A stretch of DNA of 64,000 bases from Alphaproteobacteria bacterium (lineage in GTDB: Bacteria; Pseudomonadota; Alphaproteobacteria; MPNO01). The DNA is taken from contig CBDFLJ010000001.1 of the NCBI GenBank assembly GCA_965248835.1, positions 1,920,001-1,984,000 of the forward strand. The letters run 5' to 3'. Shown here piece by piece: positions 35,435-45,381 of the stretch. A program made the position numbers and the translations under genes. Under the pieces are notes generated by a model, which was not told where the DNA came from, did no database searches, and saw only the letters and a list, made by a program, of their open reading frames with translations. Numbering within the stretch: the first letter of the stretch is position 1; each line of letters begins with the position of its first letter.

Positions 35435-36937
35435 CTATCGCCAGATCGGCTTGCCGGTGCCCGGCAGGCCATATTCCGCCCAGTTGGCGGTCACCTTCGC
35501 GATCACCGCGTCGTCCATGCGAATGCGGCGGCCCCAGGCGCGTGCGGTCTCCGGCGGGATCTTGGTGGTGGCATCGATGCCGAGCTTGGCGCCGAGCCCG
35601 GGCTCGGGCGAGGCGAAGTCGAGGGAATCGATTGGCGTACCTTCGACCACCATCAGGTCGCGGCCGGGGTCGACATTCGTCGAGATCGCCCAAACCACGT
35701 CGGCCCAGCTCCGGATGTCGATGTCGGCGTCCACGACGATGACGGTCTTGGTGTACATGAATTGCCGCAGATACGACCACACGGCCATCATGGTCCGCCT
35801 GGCGTGGCCCGGATAGGCCTTCTTCAGCGCCACCACCGCGACGCGGTAGCTGCACGCCTCCGGCGGCAGGTAGAAATCCGCGATATCGGGGAACTGCTGG
35901 ATCAGAAGGGGGACGAAGACCTCGTTCAGCGCCTCGGCCAGGACCGAGGGCTCATCGGGCGGGCGGCCGGTGAAGGTGGTCAGATAGATCGGGTCGCGCC
36001 GCATGGTGATCGCGCTGACGGTGAAGACCGGAAAGCTGTCGGCGGCGTTGTAATAGCCGGTGTGATCGCCATACGGCCCCTCGGTGCCGTACTCGGTGAG
36101 CGAGACGTGGCCCTCCAGGACGATCTCGGCTGCGGCCGGCACCTGGAGCGGCACCGTCTTGCAATCGACCAAATCGAGGCGTCGGCCGCGCAGCAGACCG
36201 GCGAACTGATATTCCGACAGCGTATCGGGTACCGGCGCGACGCCGGCGATGATGGTCGCGGGATCGGCGCCGATGACCGCGGCGGCCGGCAGCGCGCTCG
36301 CCGCTTCCGCGTCCGCGGCGCGCCGGGCATGGTGCTGGGCGCCGCCGCGATGCTGCAACCAGCGCATCAGCGTGGTCTTTGGACCGGTGACCTGCATGCG
36401 GTAGATGCCGAGATTGGGCCGTCCGGCGGCATCGGCGGTGACCACCAGCGGCCAGGTGATCAGCGGCGCCGGCTCGCCCGGCCAACAGCCCTGGACCGGC
36501 AGACGCGCAAGGTCGATCTCGCCGCCGGTCAGGACGACGTCCTGGCAGGGCGCACGGCTCAGGATGCGCGGCTTCATCGCCATCGCGGTCTTGAGCAGCG
36601 GCAGCATTTCCAGCGCCTCGCGCCAGCCGCCCGGCGGCTCGGGTTGGCGCAGGAAGGCGAGCTGCTCGCCCAGCGCCCGCAATTCGGCGGGCTCGCGCCC
36701 CATCCCCCAGGCCACGCGCTCGACGGTGCCGAACAGGTTGGCCAGCACCGGGATCTCCGAGACACTGCCGTCGGGCCGCACCGGCTTCTCGAACAGCACC
36801 GCCGGTCCGCCCTCGGCCAGCAGACGGGTCTGGATCTCGGTCATCTCCAGTGCGGTCGCCACCGGGGCGGCGACCCGGACGAGCCGGTCCGACGTCTCCA
36901 GCCGGTCGATGAAATCCCGCAGGCTCGCGTAGGTCAT
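35435..36937 (-). CDS. ubiD: 4-hydroxy-3-polyprenylbenzoate decarboxylase (canonical UbiD)
   Basis: YASLRDFIDRLE, LANLFGT, NLGIYRMQV, MRWLQHRGG, EGPYGDHTGYY, GRPPDEP, YPGHARR, LRQFMYTK, LDFASP. Confidence 0.93.
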   Translation of the reverse strand: MTYASLRDFIDRLETSDRLVRVAAPVATALEMTEIQTRLLAEGGPAVLFEKPVRPDGSVSEIPVLANLFGTVERVAWGMGREPAELRALGEQLAFLRQPEPPGGWREALEMLPLLKTAMAMKPRILSRAPCQDVVLTGGEIDLARLPVQGCWPGEPAPLITWPLVVTADAAGRPNLGIYRMQVTGPKTTLMRWLQHRGGAQHHARRAADAEAASALPAAAVIGADPATIIAGVAPVPDTLSEYQFAGLLRGRRLDLVDCKTVPLQVPAAAEIVLEGHVSLTEYGTEGPYGDHTGYYNAADSFPVFTVSAITMRRDPIYLTTFTGRPPDEPSVLAEALNEVFVPLLIQQFPDIADFYLPPEACSYRVAVVALKKAYPGHARRTMMAVWSYLRQFMYTKTVIVVDADIDIRSWADVVWAISTNVDPGRDLMVVEGTPIDSLDFASPEPGLGAKLGIDATTKIPPETARAWGRRIRMDDAVIAKVTANWAEYGLPGTGKPIWR

Positions 36938-37041
36938 TCGCGCCCGATCCGCTGGCTCGCACTCGAGAGTCCTCAACCGTGCTCTTGTCAGGAAGACCGG
37001 GTTTGCGCAATCTTTTTCAGCCGCATTTCGAACGGTGCCCC

Positions 37042-37824
37042 ATGCCGCCCAGCAGGAACGTCTTCAACCAACAGGTCCCTTCGGACGTGCGTTCTCCGGA
37101 GCATGCCCCGAACGACCGGATCCGGCATGCGCGATCCTATCCGTTTGCAATTCCCGATCATTCCTACCTGTTCGAAGACGGCCGCTTTTCGCGCCTGCGC
37201 GCCGGGGATGTCGACCGGGATCACCGGACCCCGGTGCTGGCGGCCGGCTCGAACCAGTCCCCGGAGCGGCTCGCGCGCAAGTTCGCCTCGTATTCCGGCG
37301 GTCCCGCGAGCCGCATCCCCGCCCAGCGCGGCACGCTGGCGGATTTCGACACGGTCTATGCCGCGCACCTGGCGCGGTACGGCTCGGTGCCGGCGACTTT
37401 CCAGGCCTCGCCCGGTACCGCGGTCACCGTCTTCGTCCTGTGGCTGGACGAGAGGCAGCTTGCGCACATGCACCGGACCGAAACGCACTATACTTTCGAC
37501 CGCCTGAGCGATATTGCCGTCGCCTTCGATGACGGCGAGACGCTCGGGACCGCGTTCAGCTACGCCGCCAAGCTCGGCTGCCTCGAATTCGGCGGCGGCT
37601 GCGCGAGCCTGGCCGAGATCCCGGCGACCGGGCGGCGGTTCCCGGCGCTCAGCCAGGACGAGGCGCTTGCCGCGGTGCGCGACCGGCTGGCACCGGGCCG
37701 CGCGCTGGAGGGATTCATCCAGGAGCATATCGACGACCCGGCGCTGCGGCGCGCGCGCTGCGACGCGCTGGGCGCTGCGGCCGTACCGCTGGACTTCCCG
37801 CGCGAGACCATAGCCGTGCTTTAA
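37042..37824 (+). CDS. hypothetical protein, possible gamma-glutamylcyclotransferase-like fold
   Basis: Coding-like ORF; PVLAAGSNQSPERL resembles the GGCT YGSN loop; VYAAH..RYGSVPAT. Confidence 0.6.
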   Translation: MPPSRNVFNQQVPSDVRSPEHAPNDRIRHARSYPFAIPDHSYLFEDGRFSRLRAGDVDRDHRTPVLAAGSNQSPERLARKFASYSGGPASRIPAQRGTLADFDTVYAAHLARYGSVPATFQASPGTAVTVFVLWLDERQLAHMHRTETHYTFDRLSDIAVAFDDGETLGTAFSYAAKLGCLEFGGGCASLAEIPATGRRFPALSQDEALAAVRDRLAPGRALEGFIQEHIDDPALRRARCDALGAAAVPLDFPRETIAVL

Positions 37825-37890
37825 GGCTGTACCCCGGCCCGGGCTCGGGTCAGGATGACCGCCGATCGGAGCGACAACGGGAGATCGGAG

Positions 37891-38673
37891 ATGCCTCGTC
37901 CAACGCTCGATGCCGGGGTCGGCCTGGCGCTGTTGGCCGGTATCGCCGCCCTGGCGCCGCTGCCCGCCGCCGCGGCGCCGCAGGTCCTTGCCCTGATCGC
38001 GACAGACGGGCCGGTCGCCCTGCACTGCGCGGGCGCAACCTGCACCGCGAGCCTGCCGTCGCTTTGCCTTCAGCCCGAACGCCGCGCGCCGCAGGCCGGC
38101 CGGGACTACCGCCTGGCCGAGGGCCAGTCGCTGACCGTTCTCGGCAATGACGGGACGCGGCAGATCACGCAGGGCTATCGTCTGATCGCCAAACGCACCC
38201 ATGTCGCGGTCGAGGTCCGCATCCCGCACGACCTGGTCGCCGGGCTCGGAGCCCCGGCCATCGCGGTCGGCAAGAACATCAGCGCCATCCCGGTGCCGCG
38301 CGCCGATGATATGAGAGCGATCGGAAAGGCCGAGATCGAACGCGCCGTGGGCGAGCGCAGGGCGATCGCGGACAGGTTGATCGATCAGGAGCCGGTGCGC
38401 ATGCCGGCGGTCCGGATGACCAACAGCCTGATCAACGCGGTAGCGGCCGGCGCGGAGGCGGACCGAAGCTGGGGCGCGATCCTCGCCGATGCCAGGGCGC
38501 GCAACGTCTCCGATGCGGCGATCGCCTACGCGCGGTTAACCTACGATCTGTGCAAGTTCAAGCTCGCCAACCGGCTCGGCAAGTCGCTCGGCGGCTGCCT
38601 CGGCGGCATCAACGACGATGCGATGGAGTACCTCAACAGCGACCTGGAGCCGGCGCTGAAGACCGGCAGCTAA
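37891..38673 (+). CDS. hypothetical exported Cys-containing protein
   Basis: Signal peptide LALLAGIAALAPLPAAA; HCAGATC...SLCLQPER; C-terminal LC...GCLG. Confidence 0.7.
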   Translation: MPRPTLDAGVGLALLAGIAALAPLPAAAAPQVLALIATDGPVALHCAGATCTASLPSLCLQPERRAPQAGRDYRLAEGQSLTVLGNDGTRQITQGYRLIAKRTHVAVEVRIPHDLVAGLGAPAIAVGKNISAIPVPRADDMRAIGKAEIERAVGERRAIADRLIDQEPVRMPAVRMTNSLINAVAAGAEADRSWGAILADARARNVSDAAIAYARLTYDLCKFKLANRLGKSLGGCLGGINDDAMEYLNSDLEPALKTGS

Positions 38674-38712
38674 GGCCTTTGCGGGCCTCCGCGCGCCGGC
38701 CCGGGCGGCGGA

Positions 38713-40242
38713 TCAAACCTCGTCCGGCCGGGTCTTCAGCCGCAGCCGCGCGCGGACCGCGCGCGAGGTCGCATCGATCACCAGGTTCAGCGCCGCTGTG
38801 ATCAGGATCAGGTAGAGCGCGCGGTCGAAGCGGAGGTCGGCGAACGCGCTGTCGACGTAGAAGCCGAGCGTCGTGATGCCGAGAATCCCGAGGATCGCCG
38901 TCTCCCGCATGATCACCTCCCAGCGGTAGAACAGAAACGCCAGGAACTGCGGGTAGATCCGCGGCAACACGTCGTAGAAATAGAGGTTGAGGCCGGTGGA
39001 GGCATCGGGGCGCAGCTCCATCGCCTCGGTGTAGCAGCCCATCAGATGGCCGATGATCGCCCCGTTATGCAGTGCGAGCGCCGCGACCGCCGGCAGCATC
39101 GACGGCCCCCAGAGCAACAGGAAGACCAGCGCAAGCACGTATTCCGGCGTCGAGCGGATGACCACCAGCCCGACATGCCCGCAGGCGCGGCCAACCGGGC
39201 CGAAGAACTTGGGCGATATCAACGGGAACATCGTAAGCGTGAGCGCGCCGGTGGCAACCAGCGCCGTCTGGGTCAGGATCACGGTGTTTATGATGCCGGG
39301 CCAGGCCTGGGCAGAGAACAGCTTGCCTGCCCAGGACAGGACATCGGTCCAGACGATCGCACCGAACGTTTCGGCCGCGCGGATCGGCTGGGGCAGGATG
39401 TCGTGGCCGAAGAACCGCCAGATGTTCTCGGCCGCGATTTCCCCGCTCCACGGCAGCAACGCCAGCGCCAGCAGGATGTAGAGCGGCACCAGGCGCTGGC
39501 GCACCCAAATCCTGATAGTGGCGATGATCACGTAGAACAGGATCAGCAACGCCGCGACCTCGGCGTACCGGCCCTGGGCGAAGGCCGATTCCAGGTGGAA
39601 GCCGATCGTCGGAAGTCCGACGAAGCCGATCACGGTCGAGGACCGCAGCCCGCATTCCAGCCGGTAGAGCGAGTAGGTCCTGAAGTGGGCCCAGGCATCG
39701 GGAAGCCGTACGAAGATGAAAATCGAGGCCGCGGCCGTGCCCGCCGGCACCGCGGCGAGCGGCGCGGGGTCGGACTCCTCCAGGATCTCGGAATAGACCT
39801 TGGCGAAAATGCCGGCGTAGGGGATGGCGATGGCCAGGACGCCGGTCAGCGGGGTCAGCCCGAAGACCTGCAGGAAGATCAGCGCCCAGAACAGCTCGTG
39901 CACCGCGCGGATGAAGGCGCAGCCTGCGCGCACCAGGCGGAAGCGGAAGACCAGCGCCAAGGCGAATCCCGACAGGTTGCCGACCGCCACGCCGAGGAAG
40001 GCGAAGGCCACCGTCATCAGGATTGCCGAGACCAGGTTTTCCGTCGCCCGGAAATCCGGGCTCAGCGCGCCCGCGGCCATACGGCCGAACTCGGTCCACG
40101 GATCGAGCGTGGAGATCTCGAAATCGCCGAAGACCGCAAGGACCGCGGCCAGGAAGACGAATCCGACGCTTGCCCGGACCAGCGGAGACGGCGTGCCGCG
40201 GCCGGCGAACGGATCAGGCGCCGTTGCGGTAGAGATGGTCAA
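38713..40242 (-). CDS. PhnE/PtxC-like ABC permease (two fused TMD repeats)
   Basis: RAVHELFWAL...YRLECGLRSS and RSTPEY...YRWEVIMRETAILG; true start uncertain. Confidence 0.85.
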   Translation of the reverse strand: MTISTATAPDPFAGRGTPSPLVRASVGFVFLAAVLAVFGDFEISTLDPWTEFGRMAAGALSPDFRATENLVSAILMTVAFAFLGVAVGNLSGFALALVFRFRLVRAGCAFIRAVHELFWALIFLQVFGLTPLTGVLAIAIPYAGIFAKVYSEILEESDPAPLAAVPAGTAAASIFIFVRLPDAWAHFRTYSLYRLECGLRSSTVIGFVGLPTIGFHLESAFAQGRYAEVAALLILFYVIIATIRIWVRQRLVPLYILLALALLPWSGEIAAENIWRFFGHDILPQPIRAAETFGAIVWTDVLSWAGKLFSAQAWPGIINTVILTQTALVATGALTLTMFPLISPKFFGPVGRACGHVGLVVIRSTPEYVLALVFLLLWGPSMLPAVAALALHNGAIIGHLMGCYTEAMELRPDASTGLNLYFYDVLPRIYPQFLAFLFYRWEVIMRETAILGILGITTLGFYVDSAFADLRFDRALYLILITAALNLVIDATSRAVRARLRLKTRPDEV

Positions 40243-40855
40243 GATCGGAGGGCTTCAACCCTGCGGTCGGCTCGTCCAGAACGATGCCGCCGTCCTTGAT
40301 GCGGATGGCGCGGTCCGCATAGGCCAGCGCCAGGTCCACGTCGTGCATCGACAACACCACGGTCTCGTGGGCTTCCACGATCGCGTCCAGCACGGCACGC
40401 GATTGGTGCTCGTCGCCCATGAAAACGGCGCTGCCCTTGTGGATCGCGCGGCCGACGGCGGTGCGCTGCTGCTGGCCGCCGGACAGCTCCTCGATGCGCG
40501 CGAACACCTTGTCCTCCAGCCCGAGACGTTCGACCACGGGGCGGACGGCGGCGATCTCCTTCTTGAGCGGCCGGATCAGGTTGGCCAGGTTGTACCAGGT
40601 CGAATGCCGGTGCAGCCGGCCCATGTAGATGTTGTGGAAAACGGTCAGCGCGCGCACCAGGCCGACCTCCTGGGGCACCAGGGACACCGCGGCCTTTTGC
40701 TGATCGTAGAGCAGGCGCAACAGCGTCGACTTGCCGGCGCCGCTCCTGCCGACCAGGGCAACCTTCTCGCCGGGCTCGATGCGCAGGCTGATGCCGCTGA
40801 GAACCGGGACGCCGTTGTACTGAACAACGGCGTCCTCCAACGCGAACAGGGACAT
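40214..40855 (-). CDS. PhnC-like ABC ATP-binding protein with an in-frame D-loop deletion
   Basis: Walker A GRSGAGKST, signature LSGGQQQR; Walker B VFMGDE is followed directly by HQS (PxSxxD missing); H-loop SMHD. Confidence 0.85.
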   Translation of the reverse strand: MSLFALEDAVVQYNGVPVLSGISLRIEPGEKVALVGRSGAGKSTLLRLLYDQQKAAVSLVPQEVGLVRALTVFHNIYMGRLHRHSTWYNLANLIRPLKKEIAAVRPVVERLGLEDKVFARIEELSGGQQQRTAVGRAIHKGSAVFMGDEHQSRAVLDAIVEAHETVVLSMHDVDLALAYADRAIRIKDGGIVLDEPTAGLKPSDLDHLYRNGA

Positions 40856-40879
40856 GGCGTGGCGCCGCCGGTCCGGCCC

Positions 40880-41746
40880 TCAGTCGATCAGGTCGAGCTT
40901 GCGCCCGACATCGACGATCGGCTGGTAATCGGCGTTCGACGCCGGGATGAACGCCTTGCGCGGGAACTGCTTGAGCAGGTTCGGATCGTCGAGGCTCAAG
41001 AGCGCGTTCTTGACCTTGGCGGTGAACCCGGCGCCGAAACGCTTGTCGGCATCGCCGCGGATCGACCAGTTGTAGTCGGGGTAAGGCGGGGTGACCCAGA
41101 CCACCTTGACCTTGGCGGTGTCGATCTTGCCGGCGGCAAGCTCCTTGTCCCAGACGGCGAAGTTGACCGCGCCGACCTGGAAGGCGCCGGACTGCACCAG
41201 CGCGATGGTGCGCGAATGATCGCCGGAGAACCCGACCCTGCGGAACGCCTTGTCGGGCGCCATCGCCAGATGCATGCGGATGAAGAACTCCGGCATCAGC
41301 CGCCCCGACGTCGATCCCTTGGAGCCGAAGGTGAAGGTCTTGCCGGCGATGCCCTTGGGGAAGGCGTCGGACTTTTCGAGATCGGTGCTGGCGTGGGCAA
41401 TGAAGTAGGTCCTGAAGCTTTTGTCCTCCTCGCCTTGGGCGATCGCCTGGGAACTGCGGACCGCTTCGCGCGCCCGGACCCCCGACAAGCCGCCGAACCA
41501 GGCGAGCTGCACCTGGTTGTTACGGAAGGCGGTGACCGCGGCGGCATAGGACTTGACGGGGACGTACCTCACCTCGACCCCGAGCTTGCCGTGGAGGTAT
41601 TTCGCGATCTGGTTGAACCGGGTCTTCAGCGCCGTTTCGTCCTGATCCGGGATCGCGGTGAAGACGAACGGCTGCGCGGCGGCACCGGACGCGGACGCGG
41701 ACGCAATTCCAAGGCAAACGGTAATCGCGGATAGCAGCTTCTTCAT
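40880..41746 (-). CDS. PhnD-like substrate-binding protein (putative selenate/phosphonate-type)
   Basis: Signal peptide; FTAIPDQDE, SYAAAVTAFRNNQVQLAWFGGLSGV, TFGSKGSTSGRLMP, FSGDHSRT, YPDYNW. Confidence 0.88.
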   Translation of the reverse strand: MKKLLSAITVCLGIASASASGAAAQPFVFTAIPDQDETALKTRFNQIAKYLHGKLGVEVRYVPVKSYAAAVTAFRNNQVQLAWFGGLSGVRAREAVRSSQAIAQGEEDKSFRTYFIAHASTDLEKSDAFPKGIAGKTFTFGSKGSTSGRLMPEFFIRMHLAMAPDKAFRRVGFSGDHSRTIALVQSGAFQVGAVNFAVWDKELAAGKIDTAKVKVVWVTPPYPDYNWSIRGDADKRFGAGFTAKVKNALLSLDDPNLLKQFPRKAFIPASNADYQPIVDVGRKLDLID

Positions 41747-41960
41747 CAGGACTGCCCTTCGTTTGCTCGGCGTCGTCTACGACAAGGCCCGACGACCGAG
41801 GTGTGCAGCCAGCCAAGCAACACCGCTGAACCCGCAATTTCAGGGCCGACGCATTGGCCGGGCCGGAACCTGACTCACTGGAACCGGTCGTGCAAGCCGG
41901 CGGGGCGGCGCGCCGATTGACACCCCGCGGCAATCCGGGTGTGAGTATCCGAACCGACCA

Positions 41961-43214
41961 ATGCAAACGCCGGCAGGGAGCGATCGAATGCGGGGAGCGA
42001 GACGGTTTCGCGAGCAGAAGTGGATGCTTGATGCGGTCATCTCGACCGTCGGGCTGGACTGGGACCAGCTCCGCATGGCCACCACGGTCGCACCCAGCGG
42101 CTTCGAGGGAATGGGCGATTGGGCGGTGATCGCGAATTCCGTCAGGCGGTTCGACGAGATCACGCCGGGCTTCCAGGGCGGCGGCGAGCACCGCGAGGTC
42201 CGTGCGCGCGAGGCCGAGGAGCGCGGCGATACGACAACCGCGCGCGAGAGCTATCTGATCGCGGCGCTCTATTTCGGAGTGGCGCAATGGCCGATCGACG
42301 AGGACTGCGCCCTCAACACCCACCTCAACGAGCGCAAGCTCGCGTGTTTCGGCCGCTATGCCGCGCTCGCCCACCACAGGATCGAGCGGGTCGAGGTGAG
42401 CATGGGCGAGCACATGCTGCCGGGCTGGCTCCATTTGCCGGTGACCGCCCAGCCGCCCTATCCGCTGGTCATCATGATGCCCGGCATGGACACCTACAAG
42501 GAGAACCTGGTTTGGGCCTATGGCGACAAGATCCTGGAGCGCGACATGGCCGCGCTCGCCATCGACGGCCCCGGGCAGGCGGAGGCCCTGGTCAACGGCC
42601 TCAAGGTGACGGCCGACAACTTCGGCGATTGTGCCAGGGCCTGGCTCGACTGGGTGGCGACGAGGCAGGACATCGACCAGGACCGTGTCGGCATCTTCGG
42701 GCGCAGCTTCGGCTCGTATGCAGCGACCGTGATGGGCAATGCGGTGGCCGACAGGCTGCAGGGCGTCGCGGTCGGCCTGCCGTGCATGGAGCCCGGCTTC
42801 CACACGATCTTCGAGGAGGCCTCGCCGACCTTCAAGAACCGCTTCATGTATATGGCCGGCTACGAGGACGAGGCGGCGTTCGATGTTTTCATCAAGGACT
42901 TCGACTTGCGCGAGCGGGTCTCGAACCTGACCTGCCCCTACATGGTGCTGGGCGGCGAACTCGACGAGCTGTCGCCGATCCGGCATGCCTACGACCTGGT
43001 GAAGCGGGTGCCGGGGCCGGTCGACCTGGTGGTCTACCAGAACGAGCGCCACGCGCCCGGGCGCGGACCGGCGGCTCGCAACGGCCCGCACTGGTACGCA
43101 ACGATGGCCGATTGGCTGGCGGCGAGGATCCGTGACCGCAAGCCGGCGGGCCCGAACCGGTTCGGCTACGTCAAGACCACGGGCCAGGTGGAGGAGCGTG
43201 CCTTCCCGACCTGA
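41961..43214 (+). CDS. alpha/beta hydrolase, 2,6-dihydroxypseudooxynicotine hydrolase/FrsA-like
   Basis: MPGMDTYKE, AIDGPGQAE, nucleophile elbow GRSFG, GELDELSP, His in ERHAP. Confidence 0.82.
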   Translation: MQTPAGSDRMRGARRFREQKWMLDAVISTVGLDWDQLRMATTVAPSGFEGMGDWAVIANSVRRFDEITPGFQGGGEHREVRAREAEERGDTTTARESYLIAALYFGVAQWPIDEDCALNTHLNERKLACFGRYAALAHHRIERVEVSMGEHMLPGWLHLPVTAQPPYPLVIMMPGMDTYKENLVWAYGDKILERDMAALAIDGPGQAEALVNGLKVTADNFGDCARAWLDWVATRQDIDQDRVGIFGRSFGSYAATVMGNAVADRLQGVAVGLPCMEPGFHTIFEEASPTFKNRFMYMAGYEDEAAFDVFIKDFDLRERVSNLTCPYMVLGGELDELSPIRHAYDLVKRVPGPVDLVVYQNERHAPGRGPAARNGPHWYATMADWLAARIRDRKPAGPNRFGYVKTTGQVEERAFPT

Positions 43215-43259
43215 TGCCGGCGAAAGGGGAGATGACCCCGTCGTCTTCCGGGTTTTGGC

Positions 43260-43390
43260 CCGTCTCGGAACATCATGCCGAGGACGCCGGGCAGCCAAAG
43301 GCTCAGCGCCGGGAACAGCGCGATGATCGCAAGCCGGGTCAGATCGGCGAGGAAAAACAGGGTGATGCCGGCAAAGACGGAGTCCACGTG
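43260..43390 (-). pseudogene. dctM C-terminal remnant
   Basis: VDSVFAGITLFFLADLTRLAIIALFPALSLWLP matches a DctM C-terminus; no upstream part. Confidence 0.55.
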
Positions 43391-43408
43391 CGGAGGGCGA
43401 TAGGGCCG

Positions 43409-43681
43409 TCAGCGCGGCTCGTCGGGCGCGCGGGCGACGATCGACAGCGCGTGGACCGGGCCGGCGAGCTCCTGGGCGAGGCATTGGTGGACCAGCCGCT
43501 GGCGGTCGATCCGGGATTTGCCGTCGAACGCCGCGGCGACGATCTCGACCCGGAAGTGGCTCTCGCCGCCGTCGCGGGCACCGGCATGCCCGGCATGGAG
43601 GTGCGACTGGTCCTCGACCTCCAGCCGGTCGGGGGCAAACGCGGCTTCGAGCTTGCGGCGGATATCCTGGCAGACGCTCAT
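43409..43681 (-). CDS. bolA: BolA family protein
   Basis: LEVEDQSHLHAGHAG...GESHFRVEIV...FDGKSRIDRQRLV...VHALSI. Confidence 0.95.
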   Translation of the reverse strand: MSVCQDIRRKLEAAFAPDRLEVEDQSHLHAGHAGARDGGESHFRVEIVAAAFDGKSRIDRQRLVHQCLAQELAGPVHALSIVARAPDEPR

Positions 43682-43761
43682 CGGCAGATCAGGCCACTCG
43701 AAAGATTGGCGGGACGGCGCCATGCTTGTCAGGGTTCCGCGCCAACCCCATACTGCGAATC

Positions 43762-44319
43762 ATGAAGCCGATAGGCAATACCCTGGCGCGGCTGGAGGTC
43801 GAGCCCACAATGCGCTCCTGCGCGGTGGAGGGCTGCGCCGAGACGCCCGATTACCCGGCGCCGCGCTCGCGCGAGGCACTGTCGGACTACATCTGGTTGT
43901 GCCTGGAGCATGTCCGCGCCTACAACATCGCATGGGATTTCTACGCCGGCATGAGCGAGACCGAGATCGAGGCGCACCGCAGGGCCGATACCACCTGGCG
44001 GCGCCCGACATGGCCGCTCGGCGCGCGAGAGGCGAACGGACGCGGACGGATCGGCGATCGGTTCGGTATACTGGGCGAGGACGGCGAGCCGGAGGTCGAG
44101 CCCGGTGAGCGCCAGCCGGCGATGCGCCCGGTCGAGCGTCAGGCCTTGTCGACGCTGGGGCTCAGGCCGCCGGCGAGCGCCGGCGCGATCAAGGCGCGCT
44201 ATAAGGAACTGGCCAAGGCGCTCCACCCCGATGCGAACGGCTGGGACGCCCGCGCCGAAGAGCGGTTGAAATTGGTCAACCAAGCCTATAACACGCTCAG
44301 GGCCAGCCTGACCCTGTAG
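43762..44319 (+). CDS. DnaJ domain protein
   Basis: C..GC...APRSR..L..Y.WLCLEHVRAYNIAWDF; C-terminal J domain with HPD. Confidence 0.9.
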   Translation: MKPIGNTLARLEVEPTMRSCAVEGCAETPDYPAPRSREALSDYIWLCLEHVRAYNIAWDFYAGMSETEIEAHRRADTTWRRPTWPLGAREANGRGRIGDRFGILGEDGEPEVEPGERQPAMRPVERQALSTLGLRPPASAGAIKARYKELAKALHPDANGWDARAEERLKLVNQAYNTLRASLTL

Positions 44320-44355
44320 CCGTCGAGGCGGATTCTACCTGAGGATAGCGAGTTC

Positions 44356-45363
44356 ATGTCATCTGAGAACAGCAACGGGGCCTACGCGGACGCGCCCGAG
44401 CTTCCCGATATTTCGATTTCCGTGCGCCAGGTCTTCGGGATCGACACCGATATGCAGGTGCCGGGGTTCAGCTCGCCCCGCTCGGAGCACGTCTCGGACG
44501 TAGACGAGACCTATTGCTTCGACCACGAAACGACGCTTGCGATCCTGGTGGCGCTCGCGCACAACCGGCGCCTGTTGATCCAGGGCTATCACGGCACCGG
44601 CAAGTCGACCCATATCGAGCAGGTCACGGCGCGGCTGAACTGGCCCTGCATCCGGGTCAACCTGGACAGCCACATCAGCCGTATCGACCTGATCGGCAAG
44701 GACGCGATCGTCCTGCGCGACGGCACCCAGGTCACCGAATTCCGCGAGGGAATCCTCCCTTGGGCGCTGCAGAACCCCTGCGTGCTGGTCTTCGACGAGT
44801 ACGACGCCGGCCGCCCGGACGTGATGTTCGTCATCCAGCGAGTGCTCGAGGTCGACGGCAAGATGACGCTGCTCGACCAGAACCGGGTGATCCGCCCGCA
44901 TCCGGCGTTCAGGCTGATGGCCACGGCCAACACCATCGGGCTGGGCGACACGACCGGGCTCTATCACGGCACCCAGCAGATCAACCAGGGACAGCTCGAC
45001 CGCTGGAACCTGGTGGCCACGCTGAACTATTTGGCGCACGACGCCGAGACCGCGATCGTGCTCTCCAAGGTGCCGAACTACGACACCGCCGAGGGCCGCA
45101 AGCAGGTCAGCGCGATGGTTGCGGTGGCGGACATGACGCGCGCGGGGTTCATGAACGGCGATATTTCGACGGTGATGTCGCCGCGCACGGTCATCACCTG
45201 GGCGGAGAACAACGAGCTGTTCGACGATGTCGCGACCGCGTTCCGGATGACGTTCCTCAACAAATGCGACGAGCTGGAGCGGCCGGCGGTCGCCGAATAC
45301 TACCAGCGCTGCATGGGCCAGGACCTGCCGGAGGCGGCGGTCAAGCCAGGCCGGAGCGCCTAG
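44356..45363 (+). CDS. cobS: cobaltochelatase subunit CobS
   Basis: [63 protein letters not shown]. Confidence 0.97.
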   Translation: MSSENSNGAYADAPELPDISISVRQVFGIDTDMQVPGFSSPRSEHVSDVDETYCFDHETTLAILVALAHNRRLLIQGYHGTGKSTHIEQVTARLNWPCIRVNLDSHISRIDLIGKDAIVLRDGTQVTEFREGILPWALQNPCVLVFDEYDAGRPDVMFVIQRVLEVDGKMTLLDQNRVIRPHPAFRLMATANTIGLGDTTGLYHGTQQINQGQLDRWNLVATLNYLAHDAETAIVLSKVPNYDTAEGRKQVSAMVAVADMTRAGFMNGDISTVMSPRTVITWAENNELFDDVATAFRMTFLNKCDELERPAVAEYYQRCMGQDLPEAAVKPGRSA

Positions 45364-45381
45364 CCGGTTGGCGGTCCGCCC

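Noticed and set aside
32849-37507. 1552-aa ORF on the + strand
   Set aside because: Shadow ORF overlapping xseA, M23, pmbA and ubiD; Arg/Gly/Ala-rich with no motifs, as expected in high-GC DNA.
41917-41948. TTGACA upstream of the hydrolase gene
   Set aside because: No plausible -10 element at 16-18 nt spacing.
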